In this document: positions 63,975 through 64,000 of the stretch, in pieces
Layout: the number at the start of each line of letters is the position of its first letter
How positions within the stretch are numbered: position 1 is the stretch's first letter
NCBI GenBank assembly: GCA_965637545.1
Contig: OZ281495.1
Span: 14,818,001 to 14,882,000, forward strand
DNA: 64,000 nucleotides
DNA from: Phallusia mammillata
Taxonomy: Eukaryota
Direction of reading: 5' to 3'
Notes under the pieces: generated by a model
What the model saw: only the letters and a program-made list of their open reading frames with translations
What the model was told of the DNA's origin: nothing
Database searches by the model: none
Made by a program: the position numbers and the translations under genes

Positions 63975-64000
63975 CTGGAAATAAATCATAGATTTTCTTA

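Noticed and set aside
1-64000. tRNA, rRNA, snRNA, SL RNA genes or an autonomous transposase/reverse transcriptase
   Set aside because: No A/B-box cloverleaf, conserved RNA signature or DDE/RT motif was seen by eye; an Infernal/Rfam and RepeatMasker run would be needed to exclude them fully.

Overview
Eukaryotic, intron-containing animal DNA, AT-rich with compact GT-AG introns and mosaic CpG content. It is most consistent with an invertebrate chordate, probably an ascidian tunicate; this is an inference and the species cannot be determined here. Left end (1-7.5 kb): a CpG-poor housekeeping cluster with the 3' part of an arylsulfatase B/I/J-type gene (+), an intronless EEF1AKMT4-type methyltransferase (+) and WRAP73/WDR8 (-), followed by non-autonomous DNA transposons. 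7.6-14.5 kb: one fairly well supported multi-exon orphan gene (10.3-12.2 kb) plus weaker candidate spliced transcripts. 14-58 kb: a CpG-rich regulatory gene desert around a complete 4-exon COUP-TF/NR2F nuclear receptor gene (CDS 35323-52193). Right end: the 3' 14 coding exons of UNC-45 (-). I found no rRNA, tRNA, CRISPR array or autonomous transposase. I cannot demonstrate a new biological system from sequence alone. The best leads are (i) convergent CTCF-like motifs bracketing the COUP-TF domain, (ii) TGACGTCA palindromes that begin exactly at the stop codons of both convergent genes and cluster in the COUP-TF 3'UTR, (iii) a same-strand CAAGGTCA/DR1/DR2 cluster downstream of COUP-TF, (iv) a likely SL-trans-spliced operon, and (v) unannotated small or microexon gene candidates. 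Exon boundaries were read by hand.
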